Shown piece after piece: positions 41,441-53,730 of a stretch of 64,000 nucleotides of DNA (the stretch's first letter is position 1; each line of letters begins with the position of its first letter). The translations under genes were made by a program, and so were the position numbers. The DNA comes from Octopus sinensis (taxonomy: Eukaryota), in contig NC_042997.1 of the NCBI RefSeq assembly GCF_006345805.1, forward strand, positions 83,638,001 through 83,702,000, read 5' to 3'. Under the pieces are notes generated by a model that saw only the letters and a list, made by a program, of their open reading frames with translations, made no database searches and had not been told where the DNA came from.

Positions 41441-42478
41441 ATAGAACTGGGCATGCGTCTTGGACTGTGTATGATTTGAAATATGCATTAGCAGATTGCG
41501 ACAGACCAGCATGAATATTTGATTAATTCGCAGCCTTATGGCATTCATTACACTACAATGCAGATATGTACACATACGTATTGTGTTTTGGTTTCATACA
41601 AATGTGCGAGGGTGTGAGTGTGCACGTGTTTCTATCTGTGTGTGTGTATTTGCGTGTGAATGTATGTGTGTGTGTGTATGTGTTTGCGTGTGAATGTATA
41701 TGTGTGTGTGTGTGAGTGAGTGGGTGTATGCCCGAATCTAGTGTTGCGATCTAGTTGTATGCCTGCGTTCTTTGTTTTGTTTTTGTTAGTTTCGCGTGTG
41801 TGAATGTGTGTGTGCACGTGCGTGTGTGTATTTGTAGGTATAAATGGATGTCCCAATATTTCTCTGTCATAACAAATGTAAACACATGCATACAAATCGA
41901 TGATGTGAGCGTGTATATACATACAAACACACACATATACACAAATATGTATATATGTGCCTATTCACCCCAGTGCATTCTCTTTCTCTCTCTCTCTCTC
42001 TCTCTTTATATATGTACACACACACACACACATATATATAGGAAACTTGGCAGTATCTTAAAAATAGAAATTGTTATGGTTATCCGTTGTAAAGTTGAGA
42101 ATAGATGATGTGAAAATTAAATAAGTTTTGAAAAAAATTAGCAAAACTTAGAAGAAAAAATCCTTCCATCATAAAAACTAAAAACAAAAAAACACAACTA
42201 TCAAACACACATGCACGGATATGTTTATTCCTTTGTACTTGTTACACCACTGAGCTGTGGCCATGCTAGAGCAATGCCTTGAAGGGTTTAGAAAAACAAG
42301 TCGATCCCAGTGTTTATATCTTATTTTCTAAGCCTTGCACTTATTCTGTTGGGCTCCATTTGCTGAATTGCTATGGTACAGTTATGTAAATGAACCAACA
42401 CTGGTTGTCAAGTGATGTTTGGGGGTGCAGTGGGAGAGTGGAATAAACAAGCACAAACACACATGGATATATATATAT

Positions 42479-42539
<61 letters not shown>

Positions 42540-42565
42540 AAGGGTGAAAAGGAACACACGAGTTG

Positions 42566-42681
42566 ATATATATGAAAAAACAAGTCAAAAATAGAAAATG
42601 CTAAAATAATTTTATAGTGAACATGTTCACTATAAAATTATTTTAGCATTTTCTATTTTTGACTTGTTTTTTCATATATAT
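42566..42681. repeat. Perfect 116-bp spacerless palindrome
   Basis: 42566-42623 is the exact reverse complement of 42624-42681; the centre reads gtgaaca|tgttcac. Confidence 0.95.
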
Positions 42682-43029
42682 ATATATACATACATATATA
42701 TATATACATACATACATACATATATATATACATATATATATATACACATATATGTGTATATATATATACACACATACACACATATATATATACACATATA
42801 TATATACATACATATATATACATATATATACACATATATATATACATATATATACACATATATATATACATATATACACATATATATATACACATATATA
42901 TATACATATATACATATATATACATATACATATATACATATATATACATATATACATATATATGTACACATATATATCTATATATACATATATATATAAG
43001 TATATATATATGTATATATATATATACAT

Positions 43030-43065
<36 letters not shown>

Positions 43066-43090
43066 GTATGTATATATATATATACATATA
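42682..43090. repeat. Long (TA/CA)n microsatellite
   Basis: Directly visible. It is the source of the Y/I/H/T-rich ORFs. Confidence 0.95.
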
Positions 43091-44271
43091 TATTTATATA
43101 TATCTGTATCTATTAAAGGCAGGATGTGTGTGTGTGTACGTGGATGTAATTTATGCATGTCCACAAATTAGCACACATGTCGCTCCAATTTTAGGAGGAC
43201 ATTCGTCACCATTCTACCTGGGTTTTGTCAACTTACTTTTTTTCTGAGGCACACGCGGATAGCGGTAAAAATCTATTTTCAACCATGACTTTTACCAATT
43301 TCGAAGGTTGCTAATATGAGTTAAGTCCCTGCTAGCCATAGCCAAGCGAAAGTGTGTGAGGAAGAGATAGAAGTTGTGTGTTGATGTATGTGAGTGTGAG
43401 GGAGAGAGAGTGTTTCACAACGTCTAACAAAAAAAAATAAAGAAAATGTATGTGTAAGGGAGAGTGAGAGAGTTTGACAGCATCTAACAAAAAAAAAAAC
43501 AAGGTAAAGAAAAGTGGGAGAGAGGCAGAGAGTTTGACAGTGTCTAACAAAAAAAAAAGGTAAAGAAAAAGTGAGAGAGATAAAGAGAGAGAGAGAGGGA
43601 GAGTAAGTCACAGCGTTCATAAAAAATAAAATGTAAAATGTTTTGCTTTTTTTTAAACACAAGATATAGTCTTCAAATTTAGGATGTTTTTGAAAGACAC
43701 TATATTTTATTATCAGATTATATATACTTTTTCACACAATTAAAATATATTTATTTTAAATCGTTCATCTTTCTCCCCCCTCCTCTCACACACACATTAC
43801 TTTGGGTGCAAAAGAGTTTTGTTTTTATTTTACGCCAAGGAAAAAATGTTTTGTTGAGAATCCATTTATTTAACAACAAACAAAGAGGTAGGTAAAAATT
43901 TGTCAGTGAATTACACAATATAAATGGTTACAGTTTCTGAGGCTTCCACCACACCCTACTCTGTTTTTCGGATCACATATTAGGAGGCCAGAGTAGTTGA
44001 TTCCATGCAAAAAACCTGATTTTTTTTCCATTCATTTCTGTTCATGAACATGTATGCGTGCAAAAAACATATATGCAATAGGTGTACGTAAGTGTATTCG
44101 TGTGTGTGTGTTGCCCATATATATTTATATTATTTATATCATATATATATAAACCAATTTCAAATTTGCCCAAATTTGACGTCGATATTACTTAGTTTGG
44201 TTTGAAATAATGAATTTGATTAGATTAATAATCCTAACTTAATCCTGGGCAAAGTTGGGTTATACTGCTAG
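43091..44271 (+). mobile_element. Non-autonomous Helitron (HINE/DINE-like)
   Basis: Begins A|TC (tctttatatatatctgtatctattaaaggcaggatgtgtg). Ends with a decayed subterminal hairpin (aatcctgggcaaagttgggtt) and CTAG|T at 44268-44272. Contains an internal 60-bp tandem repeat in 3 copies. Confidence 0.8.
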
Positions 44272-44284
44272 TGTATATATATAT

Positions 44285-44592
44285 ATCACGTGATCACGTG
44301 ACTGACCAGACCATCAGATGTTGCTACACATCGCTGGTCACAATGTGTTCGCATTGTTTTAGCCTTCGAATGACGCCACCCCGCTGGCTAAGCGAGTAGA
44401 CCAACAGAAGAAAGAGTGGGAGAAAGAGTGGTGAAAGAGTACAGCAGGGATCACCACCCCCTGCCAGAGCCTCGTGCAGCTTTTTAGGTGTTTTCGCTCA
44501 ATAAACACACACAACGCCCAGTCTGGGAATCGAAACCGCGATCCTACGACCGCGAGTCCGCTGCCCTAACCACTGGGCCATTGCGCCTCCAC
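44285..44592 (-). mobile_element. tRNA-derived SINE family F, CpG-intact
   Basis: Minus strand gtggaggcgcaaTGGCCCAGTGGttagg (A box) ... GGTTTCGATTCC (B box); 3' tail tcacgtgatcacgtgata. Confidence 0.9.
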
Positions 44593-45004
44593 ATATATAT
44601 ATATACACATATATATATATATACACACATATATATATATATAAACACACAATGAGTTGCTTTTGTTTCTATCTACCAAATCCACTCACAATGCTTTGGT
44701 CAGCCTGAGGCTGTAGTAGAAGACTATCAAGCGATTATAGGGGGACAAACACAGATACACAAATATATACATACATACATATACATACATGATGGGCTGC
44801 TTTCAGCTTCCATCTACCAAATCTACTTACAAGGCTTTGGTAATCCTGAAGCCAAAGTAGAAGACACTTGCCCAAGATCCCACACAGTGGGACTGAACCT
44901 GGACCCATGCTGTTGGGAAGCAAGCTTCTTACTACACAGCCACACCTATATATACATATATATATTATATATATATATATTATATACATAAGCACACAAG
45001 ACCC

Positions 45005-46705
45005 CAACAGTGGATCAAACAGAGGAAGCTAGATCCCCAAACTGAGAGATTGATCCTAGTAGAAGAGGGCATTGCTAGATGGACTGGCTAGAAAGGCACA
45101 ACTCTTATGACATTGGAGCTAGCGGCATTCCATTGCAACCCATCTTCCAGACCTAGCATGTCACTCTAGGTAGTGCCACGACAGAAGGATTTTCAGCTAT
45201 AGTGCATAGGGACCCCCTTGGCAAGGAGATCTCCACTCTAAACAAATTCACAACATTGGCTGATTTCTTTTTGATCCAGCACTTCCTTTTCCATTTTTTC
45301 AACAAAATCCCAATGGCGATGGGGTGAGGATGGTGGGAATTTGTTGAAACTAGAAGCTCTTAGCCTAAACTTGCATGATGGCAGCAGATGCAAGATGGTC
45401 ACCCTCCTGGGACCTGGTGACAACCCAAGGACTCGGTCCTACATCTCAAACTGGGCAAGCCTATGTAGGAATACTGCTACTCACTCTGAATGGAGAAGGC
45501 CCTAGAACAGTTGGGCTATACATCGGATGTCACTACTGAACCCTGGCTGGTAAGCCGCATCCAGCAGGACACCCATACAAGTGGTTGAACAACAGAAATT
45601 AAATTAATTAGATTAATCAAAGGAACATGGAATGTGTGAACACTCTTTGTTCTTCAAGACACAGAGAGACCAGAACATAAAACAGCTCTTGTCTCCAAAG
45701 AACTAGTGAGATTTAACATAGACATTGCTGCCCTCAGTGAAACATGCTTGTCTGGAGAAGGAAAGACTGAAGAAATAGGCTTGGGTTATACCTTCTTCTT
45801 GAAAGGAAAAGAAGGAGAGAGAAAAATTCACAGAGTTGCTTTTGCTGTAAAATCCAAGCTTATGAGGGAACATCTGAAACCTTCTGCCATCAATGAATGG
45901 CTTATGACTCTCTGAATAGCAACCTCTGCGACGACATTTAGACACTGATCTCTGCTTAAGCACATACACTTGATGCCAATGACAATGTGAAAAATACCTT
46001 CTACCAACAGCTGAGTGACCTGATCCTCAATGTACCACCCAATGACAAGCTCCTCCTCCCCAGGGATTTTAATGCAAGGGTGGGGAGAGACAACAGACTA
46101 TGAGAGAATGTTATTAACAAAGAAGGGTTGGAAACTGCAATGAAAATGGACTCTTGCTCCTTGGGATCGTCATCACCAACACCCAATTTCAACTCTCAAA
46201 TCGCTTCAAGACCACCTGGAAGCACCCTAGGTGAAAACACTGGCACCACCTGGACTACTCCATCATCTGGCAATGAAACAAAAGAAATGTCCTCATCACA
46301 TGAATGGCTAACAGCACTGACGATTGCTGGACAGATCATCATGTAGTCACTCACCTTCGAATAATGGTTAACAACAAACTAAAGACTAGAAAAACAAAAC
46401 CAGTCAGAAGAAAATTTGACATATCGAAGTTTAACAACTCAGAGATCAGCTCCCTTTATGCATCTTCCATTCTCAAACACCTTCAATTTGTGGGGACTAT
46501 TGTGGCATCTCACTGCTTTTCACTGCAAGGAAAATCTTTGCAAGGCTCCTTCTGGATCGTCTCCAAGTCTTCACAGAGGAAGTCCTACCCGAATCACGAT
46601 GTGGATTTCGACCATCCAGAGGGGTAACTGACGTGATGTTTTGTGCTTGACAAAATACAAGAAAAGAGTAGAGAATAACAAAACCCACTCTATTTTGTTT
46701 TCTAT
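45005..46705 (+). mobile_element. RTE-clade LINE 5' half: putative 5' UTR, AP-endonuclease and, after an internal deletion, the start of RT
   Basis: GTWNV*TL, NIDIAALSET, GYTFF, AINEWLMTL, GDFNARVG, TTW.HP, DCWTDHH; then YCGISLLFTARKIFARLLLDRL..LPESRCGFRPSRGVTDVMF. Multiple stops and frameshifts. Confidence 0.9.
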
Positions 46706-47038
46706 AACCTTGTTACTGAATGGCATGAAGAACATTTGAGTGATGTTGAATATCTTATCTGGTCACCACAGTCCCCAGATCTCAATATCATTGAACATTT
46801 ATGGTGCATTTTAGAAAAACAGGTAAGGAGTCAATATCTTCCACCATCATCACTACAAGAACTGGAGACTGTTTTAGGTGAAGAATGGACAAAAAATCCT
46901 TTGGAAACAATTCAAATTTTTTACAAGTCCATACCTTGTAGAATTCAAGCTGTAATTACTGCTAAAGTGCTCCTACCTCATATCAAAATAAATTTCTTTG
47001 AAATTTTAAGGCGTTTCCATTATTTTCTCCAACCCCTG
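46705..47038 (+). mobile_element. Tc1-family transposon 3' fragment
   Basis: WSPQSPDLNIIEHLW...LQEL...EEW...SIPCRIQAVI. Terminal repeat gtttccattattttctccaacccctg followed by TA (47039-47040). Confidence 0.9.
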
Positions 47039-47179
47039 TATGTACATACATACATACATGTACATATATGTCTAAACATACATATACATATATGTACATA
47101 CATAAATGCATATACATACACTTATATGTATATACATACAAATACATATATGCATATACATACCTATACATATATGCTT

Positions 47180-47222
<43 letters not shown>

Positions 47223-47237
47223 TATACGTACAAATAC

Positions 47238-47690
47238 ATCATCATCATCATCATCATCGTCGTTTAACGTCTGCTTTCCATGCTAGCATGGGTTGGATGA
47301 TTTGACTGAGGACTGGCGAACCAGATGGCTGCACCAATCTCCAATCTGATCTGACAGAGTTTCTACAGCTGGATGCCCTTCCTAATGCCAACCACTCCGA
47401 GAGTGTAGTGGGTGCTTTTACGTGCCACCTGCACGAGGGCCAGTCTGGGGCTACTGGCAACAGCCATGCTTAAATTGTGTTTTTTATGTGCCACCTGCAC
47501 AAGAGTCAGTCCAGTGGCACTGGCAACAACCTCGCTCGAATGTTTTGTTCACGTGCCACCGGCACAAGTTCCAGTAAGGTGACGCTGGTAACGATCACAC
47601 TCAAATGGTGCTTTTTACATACCACGGAAGCCAGACAGCTGTTCTGGCAGTGATCCCACTCGGATGGAGCTGTTAACGCTCCACTTGCAC
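47238..47690 (-). mobile_element. SINE-like retroposon family C
   Basis: (atc)n tail, tttctacagctggatgcccttcctaatgccaacc, and repeated cgtgccacc.gcac modules. Confidence 0.85.
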
Positions 47691-47714
47691 GGGTGTCATT
47701 CATCGAATTTGGTC

Positions 47715-47880
47715 CAGTCATTGAATATGCATATACATACATATACATGTATGCATATACATACAAATACAAATATGCATATACATACAAATACATATAT
47801 GCATATACATACAAATACATATATGCATATACATACAAATACATATATGCATATACATACAAATACACATACATATATGT
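47715..47880. repeat. 24-bp minisatellite (atatgcatatacatacaaatacat), about 6 units
   Basis: Directly visible. Gives the periodic [16 protein letters not shown] ORFs. Confidence 0.9.
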
Positions 47881-48279
47881 ATATGAATTATACACATAAT
47901 AGACTTCTTTCAGTTTCTGTCTACTAAATCTACTCACAAGGTTTTAGTTGGTCTGGGCCTATAGCAAAAGAAAGACACTCACACTCACTCAAGGTGCTAT
48001 GCAGTGGGACTGAACCCTGAACCATGTGGTTGGGAAGCAAACTTCTTACCACACAGCACGAACACGACTGTATAAAATATTCACACATTCACTACTTGAG
48101 CCAAGCCTGCATAGATGAAACAACAAAGCAAAATCATTAATGTCTTTATTAGCATATCAGATTAATTAACAATTTTCATTACTAACACTGCTATTGTTGC
48201 TTGATCTCAAGATTTGAATGAGCCACATTCTTGATACTCCTATCAAATTCCTCACCAGATTGTTTTTTAAGCTATGCAC

Positions 48280-48765
48280 AGGCATTGGGATGCAGTTAAT
48301 AAGCTTGCTTAGCAACCAAGTGGTTTCAGGTTGAGTCCTATTGTGGAGCACTTTGAGTGTCTTCTATTGAGGCCTCAAGTCAACTAATGCCTTGTGAGTG
48401 AATTTGGAATATGGAAACTGTGTGGAAGCCTATCCCACACACACATATAGAGGTTTTGAATATATAGCAAACAAAAGACAGAGACAGGTGAGGGAGCAAT
48501 AAGTAGGTGAATTAGTTTTACTTTTGAGGAAAAATGGAAGAGTTTTTGACGTTTCATATATATGTATGTGTGTGTGTGAGAGTGCGCATGTGCTATTGTG
48601 TTTGCACCCTCAATATTTAACAACAGGTGTTGGTTTGTTTATGTTCCCATAACTTAATGGACTGGCAAAAGAGAATGACAGAATAAGTGCTAAACTTCAG
48701 AAAAAAAAAATCTAAGAGTGATTTGTTTGACTAAAACTCTTGAAGGTAGTGCTCCAGCATGGCTG
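48280..48765 (+). mobile_element. SINE family A
   Basis: Head, internal (TG)n and the gtttgactaaaactcttgaaggtagtgctccagcatggc tail. Confidence 0.8.
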
Positions 48766-49291
48766 AATTCCACAAATTTTTCAAAGTGCAGAGTGAATGG
48801 TTGTAATATCATCATGGAATGTAAGCATTACCACACAGTTTTGCTCAAAGTGTGACAAGGAATACACCAACATCCATGCACATTAACAAGAACACACACA
48901 TTATTCTATAGGCATGATATAGTTCTTGCCAGTCTTTTTTATTCATGACTTGTTTCAGTCATTGGACTGCAGTCATGCTGGGATGCTTAGATGAACAAAT
49001 CTAAGCATCCCAGAACTTCATTTATTTTTTTTTGAGTACAGTACTTATTTTATCAGTCTTTTTTTGCTGCTGAACTGTTAAGTCGTGAAGGACTTAAACA
49101 AAAACCAATACCAGTTTTAAAATGGTGTGAAGACAAACACAAACACACACGTATACATATTTATGACAGGCTACCACAAGCACAAATTCACACACTCACA
49201 TGCCAGGCTTCCACAATTTCTTCCAATCAAATTCATTCACAAGGCAATGATTGGCCCAGGGATGATCAAGTCTTGATTCTCCAAGAATTAA

Positions 49292-49513
49292 CCCTTTCGT
49301 TACCAACCCGGCCAAAACCGGCTCTGGCTCTATACTACAAATGTCTTGTTTTCATAAGTTTTGAATTAAACTCTTCTACCAAACATTAGTCACTATTTAT
49401 GTTCCTAACACTAGCTTAGTGATAACTTAGTTATTTTACTAAATTCTTTGTTATATTTAAAATTAATTGAAAGAATCACAGAGCATCTCAACAGAAATAT
49501 GGTAACGAAAGGG
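49292..49513. mobile_element. piggyBac-type MITE family 1, intact ends
   Basis: TTAA|CCCTTTCGTTACC ... GGTAACGAAAGGG|TTAA: perfect 13-bp TIR and TTAA TSD. Confidence 0.95.
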
Positions 49514-49862
49514 TTAAGCTATCCCTCATAGGGATGGTCAGCCAAAATTTCACTTTTACAAAAAAAACAAAAAAAACAATGGCTATAAAGATGCTGCTGC
49601 TGCTGCTGATGATTATGATGATGAAGAGGTTAGTAAAGATGATCATGGTGAGGAGGAATACAATACTGATGAGGTTATTCTTTAAATTTACAGCAGTGAT
49701 AACCACCACCATTTTAACTTTGGTTTTATAACAAATTTCTAAAGCATTTCTCCAACATATGTTATACTTATATATTTATCGTAGAAGAGCTAGCAACTGA
49801 TAAAATTTCACTTTTACATTGGTACCTTATAAATGTGTGTGTGTGTGTGTGTGTGCATGCAG

Positions 49863-49906
<44 letters not shown>

Positions 49907-50296
49907 GTGTGAGTGTGCGTATGTGCATGTACACACCCACACAACACACAGCCACTAAGCAATGTATGGTTTGAGTCTCATCTCAGCACATACAATATCC
50001 TTTTGTTTCTCAACTCCACCTCCATCTATTTTCTTTAGGGGAGAGTGGATGTGTTTTTTGTAAATCATATCAGTTAATCACAACCACAATATTTGTTTTG
50101 GTGTGTATGCATGTGTGTAGTATATATTTACCAATATATGCATTGTTATTTACACTTACACACACACACACACACACACACAATATGCATGTTTGTGTGT
50201 ATGTATGTGCAGTTGTGTGTAAGCCTGGATATGTATGTTTATTTATCAATATATACTTTAAGTGTTTATATATAAATAGCAAGTATTTGTGTGTGT

Positions 50297-50330
<34 letters not shown>

Positions 50331-50578
50331 GAATGAGCCAAAATAACAAAAAGATACTCAACAGAATTTCAGAGAATTCTAAAAGCAGAAGAATAATGTT
50401 TCTTTTATATGGGAACAAAGCATCTTTTCATAATGGTAGATAGCATAGGAAAACTGATTTAACACTGTATATGACTGCTTTTTATATTTGAGGCCATGTG
50501 TAGGCTATGGGCACAATCACCTCCTCCATACCCAACCATTAAAAGAAATAAGCTCAACTTGGATGAATAGGAAATGGA

Positions 50579-50860
50579 GTTAACCCTAAACAAGTTTGAA
50601 ACCAGATTAGCTGTTTTAGTCTTCTAATATACTTCCATTCACACACAAGGTGCTTCATATAGGATAAGAAATAAAGTTAATCCTAACAAGGTTTGAAACT
50701 GGATTAGCTGTTTTAAGTCTTCTAATATACTTCCATTCACACACAGGGTGCTTCATATTGGGTATGAAATAAAGTTAATTTTAACATGGTTTGAAACCAA
50801 ATTAGTCGTTTTAGCCTTCTAATATAACTACAATCAATTTACATATGGAATGCTTCATAC
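50579..50860. repeat. 97-98-bp tandem repeat, 3 units
   Basis: Units start at 50579, 50676 and 50774 (gttaa...tttgaaac...attag...cttctaatata...gcttcata). Confidence 0.9.
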
Positions 50861-50877
50861 TAATATTACTCTACATT

Positions 50878-51245
50878 TGATTTTACTTGTTTAAGTCATT
50901 AGATTGCAGCTATGCTGGGGCACCACCTTGAAGACATTTTAGTCAAATAAATTGACCCAGGTACTTTTTATTAAAGCCTAGTACTTATTCTATCAATCTC
51001 TTGCTGAACAGCCAAGTTAAGGACACATAAACCCACCAACACTGGTTGCCAAGTGGTGGTGGTAGATGAATAGAGGTGACCCACCACCACACAACAGGCT
51101 TCTTTCAGTTTCAGTCTATCAAATCTACTCAGAAGGCTTTGGTTGGCCTGAGGCTATAGTAGAAGACATTTGCCTAAGGTGCCATGGAGTAGGACTGAAC
51201 CCAAAGCCATGTGGTTAAGAAGCAAGCTTTTTATCACACAGTCAC
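50878..51245 (-). mobile_element. SINE family A
   Basis: Tail-to-head match to the other family A copies. Confidence 0.85.
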
Positions 51246-51499
51246 TTAGGATGCTTTATGCAAATATCTCAGAATCTCAGTAGTTGACTGGTACTTTATT
51301 TTACTGGTCCTGGGGGGATGAGTAACAAAGTTGATTAGACAGGATTCGAACTTGATATGAAAAATCATAACTAAATAAATCAAGCATTTTTTTCCTAAGG
51401 CACTAATTGCTCCACCATTCCAGCCACTTGCCATAAACAGTAATTTTTATATGATATACCTCACCCCACCAGTTCAATTTAGTTAACTACTGTTAGAAC

Positions 51500-52200
51500 C
51501 AATAATGGACTCTGGCAAATGGTCGAAGTGTCAAAGTAGTCCTTTCAGAGTCTGACTTGTGTGTCTTTCCTCACCATCATTGTTGAAGAAGAACCAACCA
51601 ACCAACCATCCACAGGGAAACTGTGGAAATTTGACAAGTGATCTCTGATTCAAAGATCTATACAGACTCACTCAATGAGGGATCATATCAGAACATCTTT
51701 CTTATAAACCTGCCTGTATCTGTAGCCAAATCCAAACACATTGAGAAAACCACTGAATTTGTTATGAATGATATAATTGCCATCAATGTATCCAAAGATA
51801 TAACTGATCTACAAACATTTGTTGACTAGTCATCCAAAGTCTTTTGTATTTTTTCAAAAAAGATGTTCACTGCCTTGGTCAACCAAAATCCAAACTCAGA
51901 CTAGTTGAACTGGCCTTGAGTTCTACTAAAGTATGGGCATACTGTTTAGCCTTTGGTAAGACAAGGTGAAAAAATTGAAATGCTTTTTGAATTCCTCCTA
52001 GTTTACTACCTAACATATAACTAAAGCTATGAAGTGTAACTTCTTTCAACCATGACTCAAGGCTGCATTAAAGTTTTAATCCATGTGATGATTGACAGAT
52101 CTGGAAATTTGTTAAGTCTGGTGACACATAGAAAAGGGATGGAAGCTGGTCTGAAGATATCAAACCAACAATGGGCGGTGATGCAAAACCTTTGGGAAAC
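51500..52200 (+). mobile_element. Degraded RTE-clade RT fragment
   Basis: NEGSYQNIFL...TTEFVMNDIIAINVSKDITDLQTFVD resembles the RTE region around the catalytic ADD motif. Confidence 0.55.
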
Positions 52201-52949
52201 TAAACAAGAATAATATGTTATTCTCAATGAATTATGATCAGTTTAAATATATTTATAAATTACTGTCATTAAATGCCTGAAGTTTAAGCAACAAGGTCCA
52301 CATATCTGACTCTTACATTAAAAATACTGATCCTCATTTTATTACAATAACAGAAATATGGGCACAATCATTACTTTGTGATGTTGTTTTTAGCATGGCT
52401 GGTAATGATTTGTTTCATAAGACTGCACTAATTGCTGTGGGAGAGTGGTATGACGGTGTACATTTGCTCAAGTTTTTCAGCCTTGCAATGGTTGGAACTA
52501 GTTGCAGCAAAAGATATTTTTCTGTGACATTTGTATAAGCATGTCAATACTTCTTGGAGTTGTTTGCTGTTCCTGTACCACAATCAAGGCACATATCTTT
52601 TTGATACGCCCCCCCCCCCCAGTTGCATCTAGGAGAAAAAAAACACCTAAAAACATATAACTGAAAATTATAAAAGCCACAAAAAAACATAATTGAAAGA
52701 GAAAACCAACCATTCTTGATGTGATGAAGCTGAGAGCTGTGGCAATCAGTAAGTTTAACTGTGATAACACAAGTGTTCAGTAACCACAGAGTACCTATTT
52801 CAATCTTGGTTAGAACATCATCATCCATGAATAGCATATCTCGTTGAATTATATACACTGTCTCCTTCCACTTCTCTCTCTCTCTCTCTCTTATGTTATA
52901 TAACATCAGAACCTTTGATACCTTTTATAACCATGTACTACAGAGCATA

Positions 52950-53205
52950 ATGTTTGATACACAACACTGTTTGATACATGCATAGGATATTGTTTGATAT
53001 ATATATCTATAGCTCACTCTTTGATACATAACACATTGTTTTATGCACAGCACACTGTTTTATTATAGTATACTGTTTGATACACTGTGCATTGTTTAAT
53101 GCATACATATGATACTGTTTTATAGACAGCAAACTGTTTCATGCAAAACACACTGAATACACATACATAGGAAACTGTTTGATACAGGGCATATATTTGA
53201 CAGAA
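52950..53205. repeat. Degenerate minisatellite with core ctgtttgata
   Basis: About a dozen tgtttgata-like cores at irregular spacing of roughly 17-30 bp. Confidence 0.75.
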
Positions 53206-53519
53206 TCAATAGATTAAGGAGAAAAAAAAACAAAAACAAAAAAAAATGAACCTTCACATTTAATAATTAAAAAAAAAATTGATTGGTAATGATAAATGAT
53301 TTGCAGAATCATTAAGGAACTGAACAAAATGCTTTGTGGTATACGTTCCAACCCTTTACATTCTGAGTACAAATCCTGCCAAAGTCAATTTTGCTTTTAA
53401 TTCTTTCAGACTTGATAAAATAAAAAAAACTGGTTGATTTAACTAACTGTTCTCCTGCCCATAAATTTGTGGCTTTGTTCCAATTCTACAAGAGATAATA
53501 CAGCCAATATCATTTTTAA

Positions 53520-53730
53520 CCCTTCTGATACCAACCTGCCTCTGATTCAACAGTACAAACTTTCTGTCTCAAAGTGATCAAAATCAAACCTTCCATTAAA
53601 ATTTCACGCTAATTTATGTTCTAAATGCCAGTTTAATAACGACAAAGTTATTTGACTAAATTCTTCATTATTTTGAAAATAAATGGAGACAAAGATAGTA
53701 CACTCCAGCATAAATATGGTAACAGAAGGG
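53520..53730. mobile_element. piggyBac-type MITE family 1 (diverged)
   Basis: ttaa|cccttctgatacc ... ggtaacagaaggg|gtaa. Confidence 0.75.

Noticed and set aside
42643-43171. Long ORFs of 100-170 aa here and at 14173-15933, 39272-39875, 41026-41575 and 47506-47937
   Set aside because: They are translations of micro- and minisatellites that lack stop codons by composition.
50579-50860. Repeats containing TTTGAAAC, reminiscent of CRISPR repeat ends
   Set aside because: The whole 97-bp unit is repeated, there are no unique spacers or cas genes, and the context is eukaryotic.
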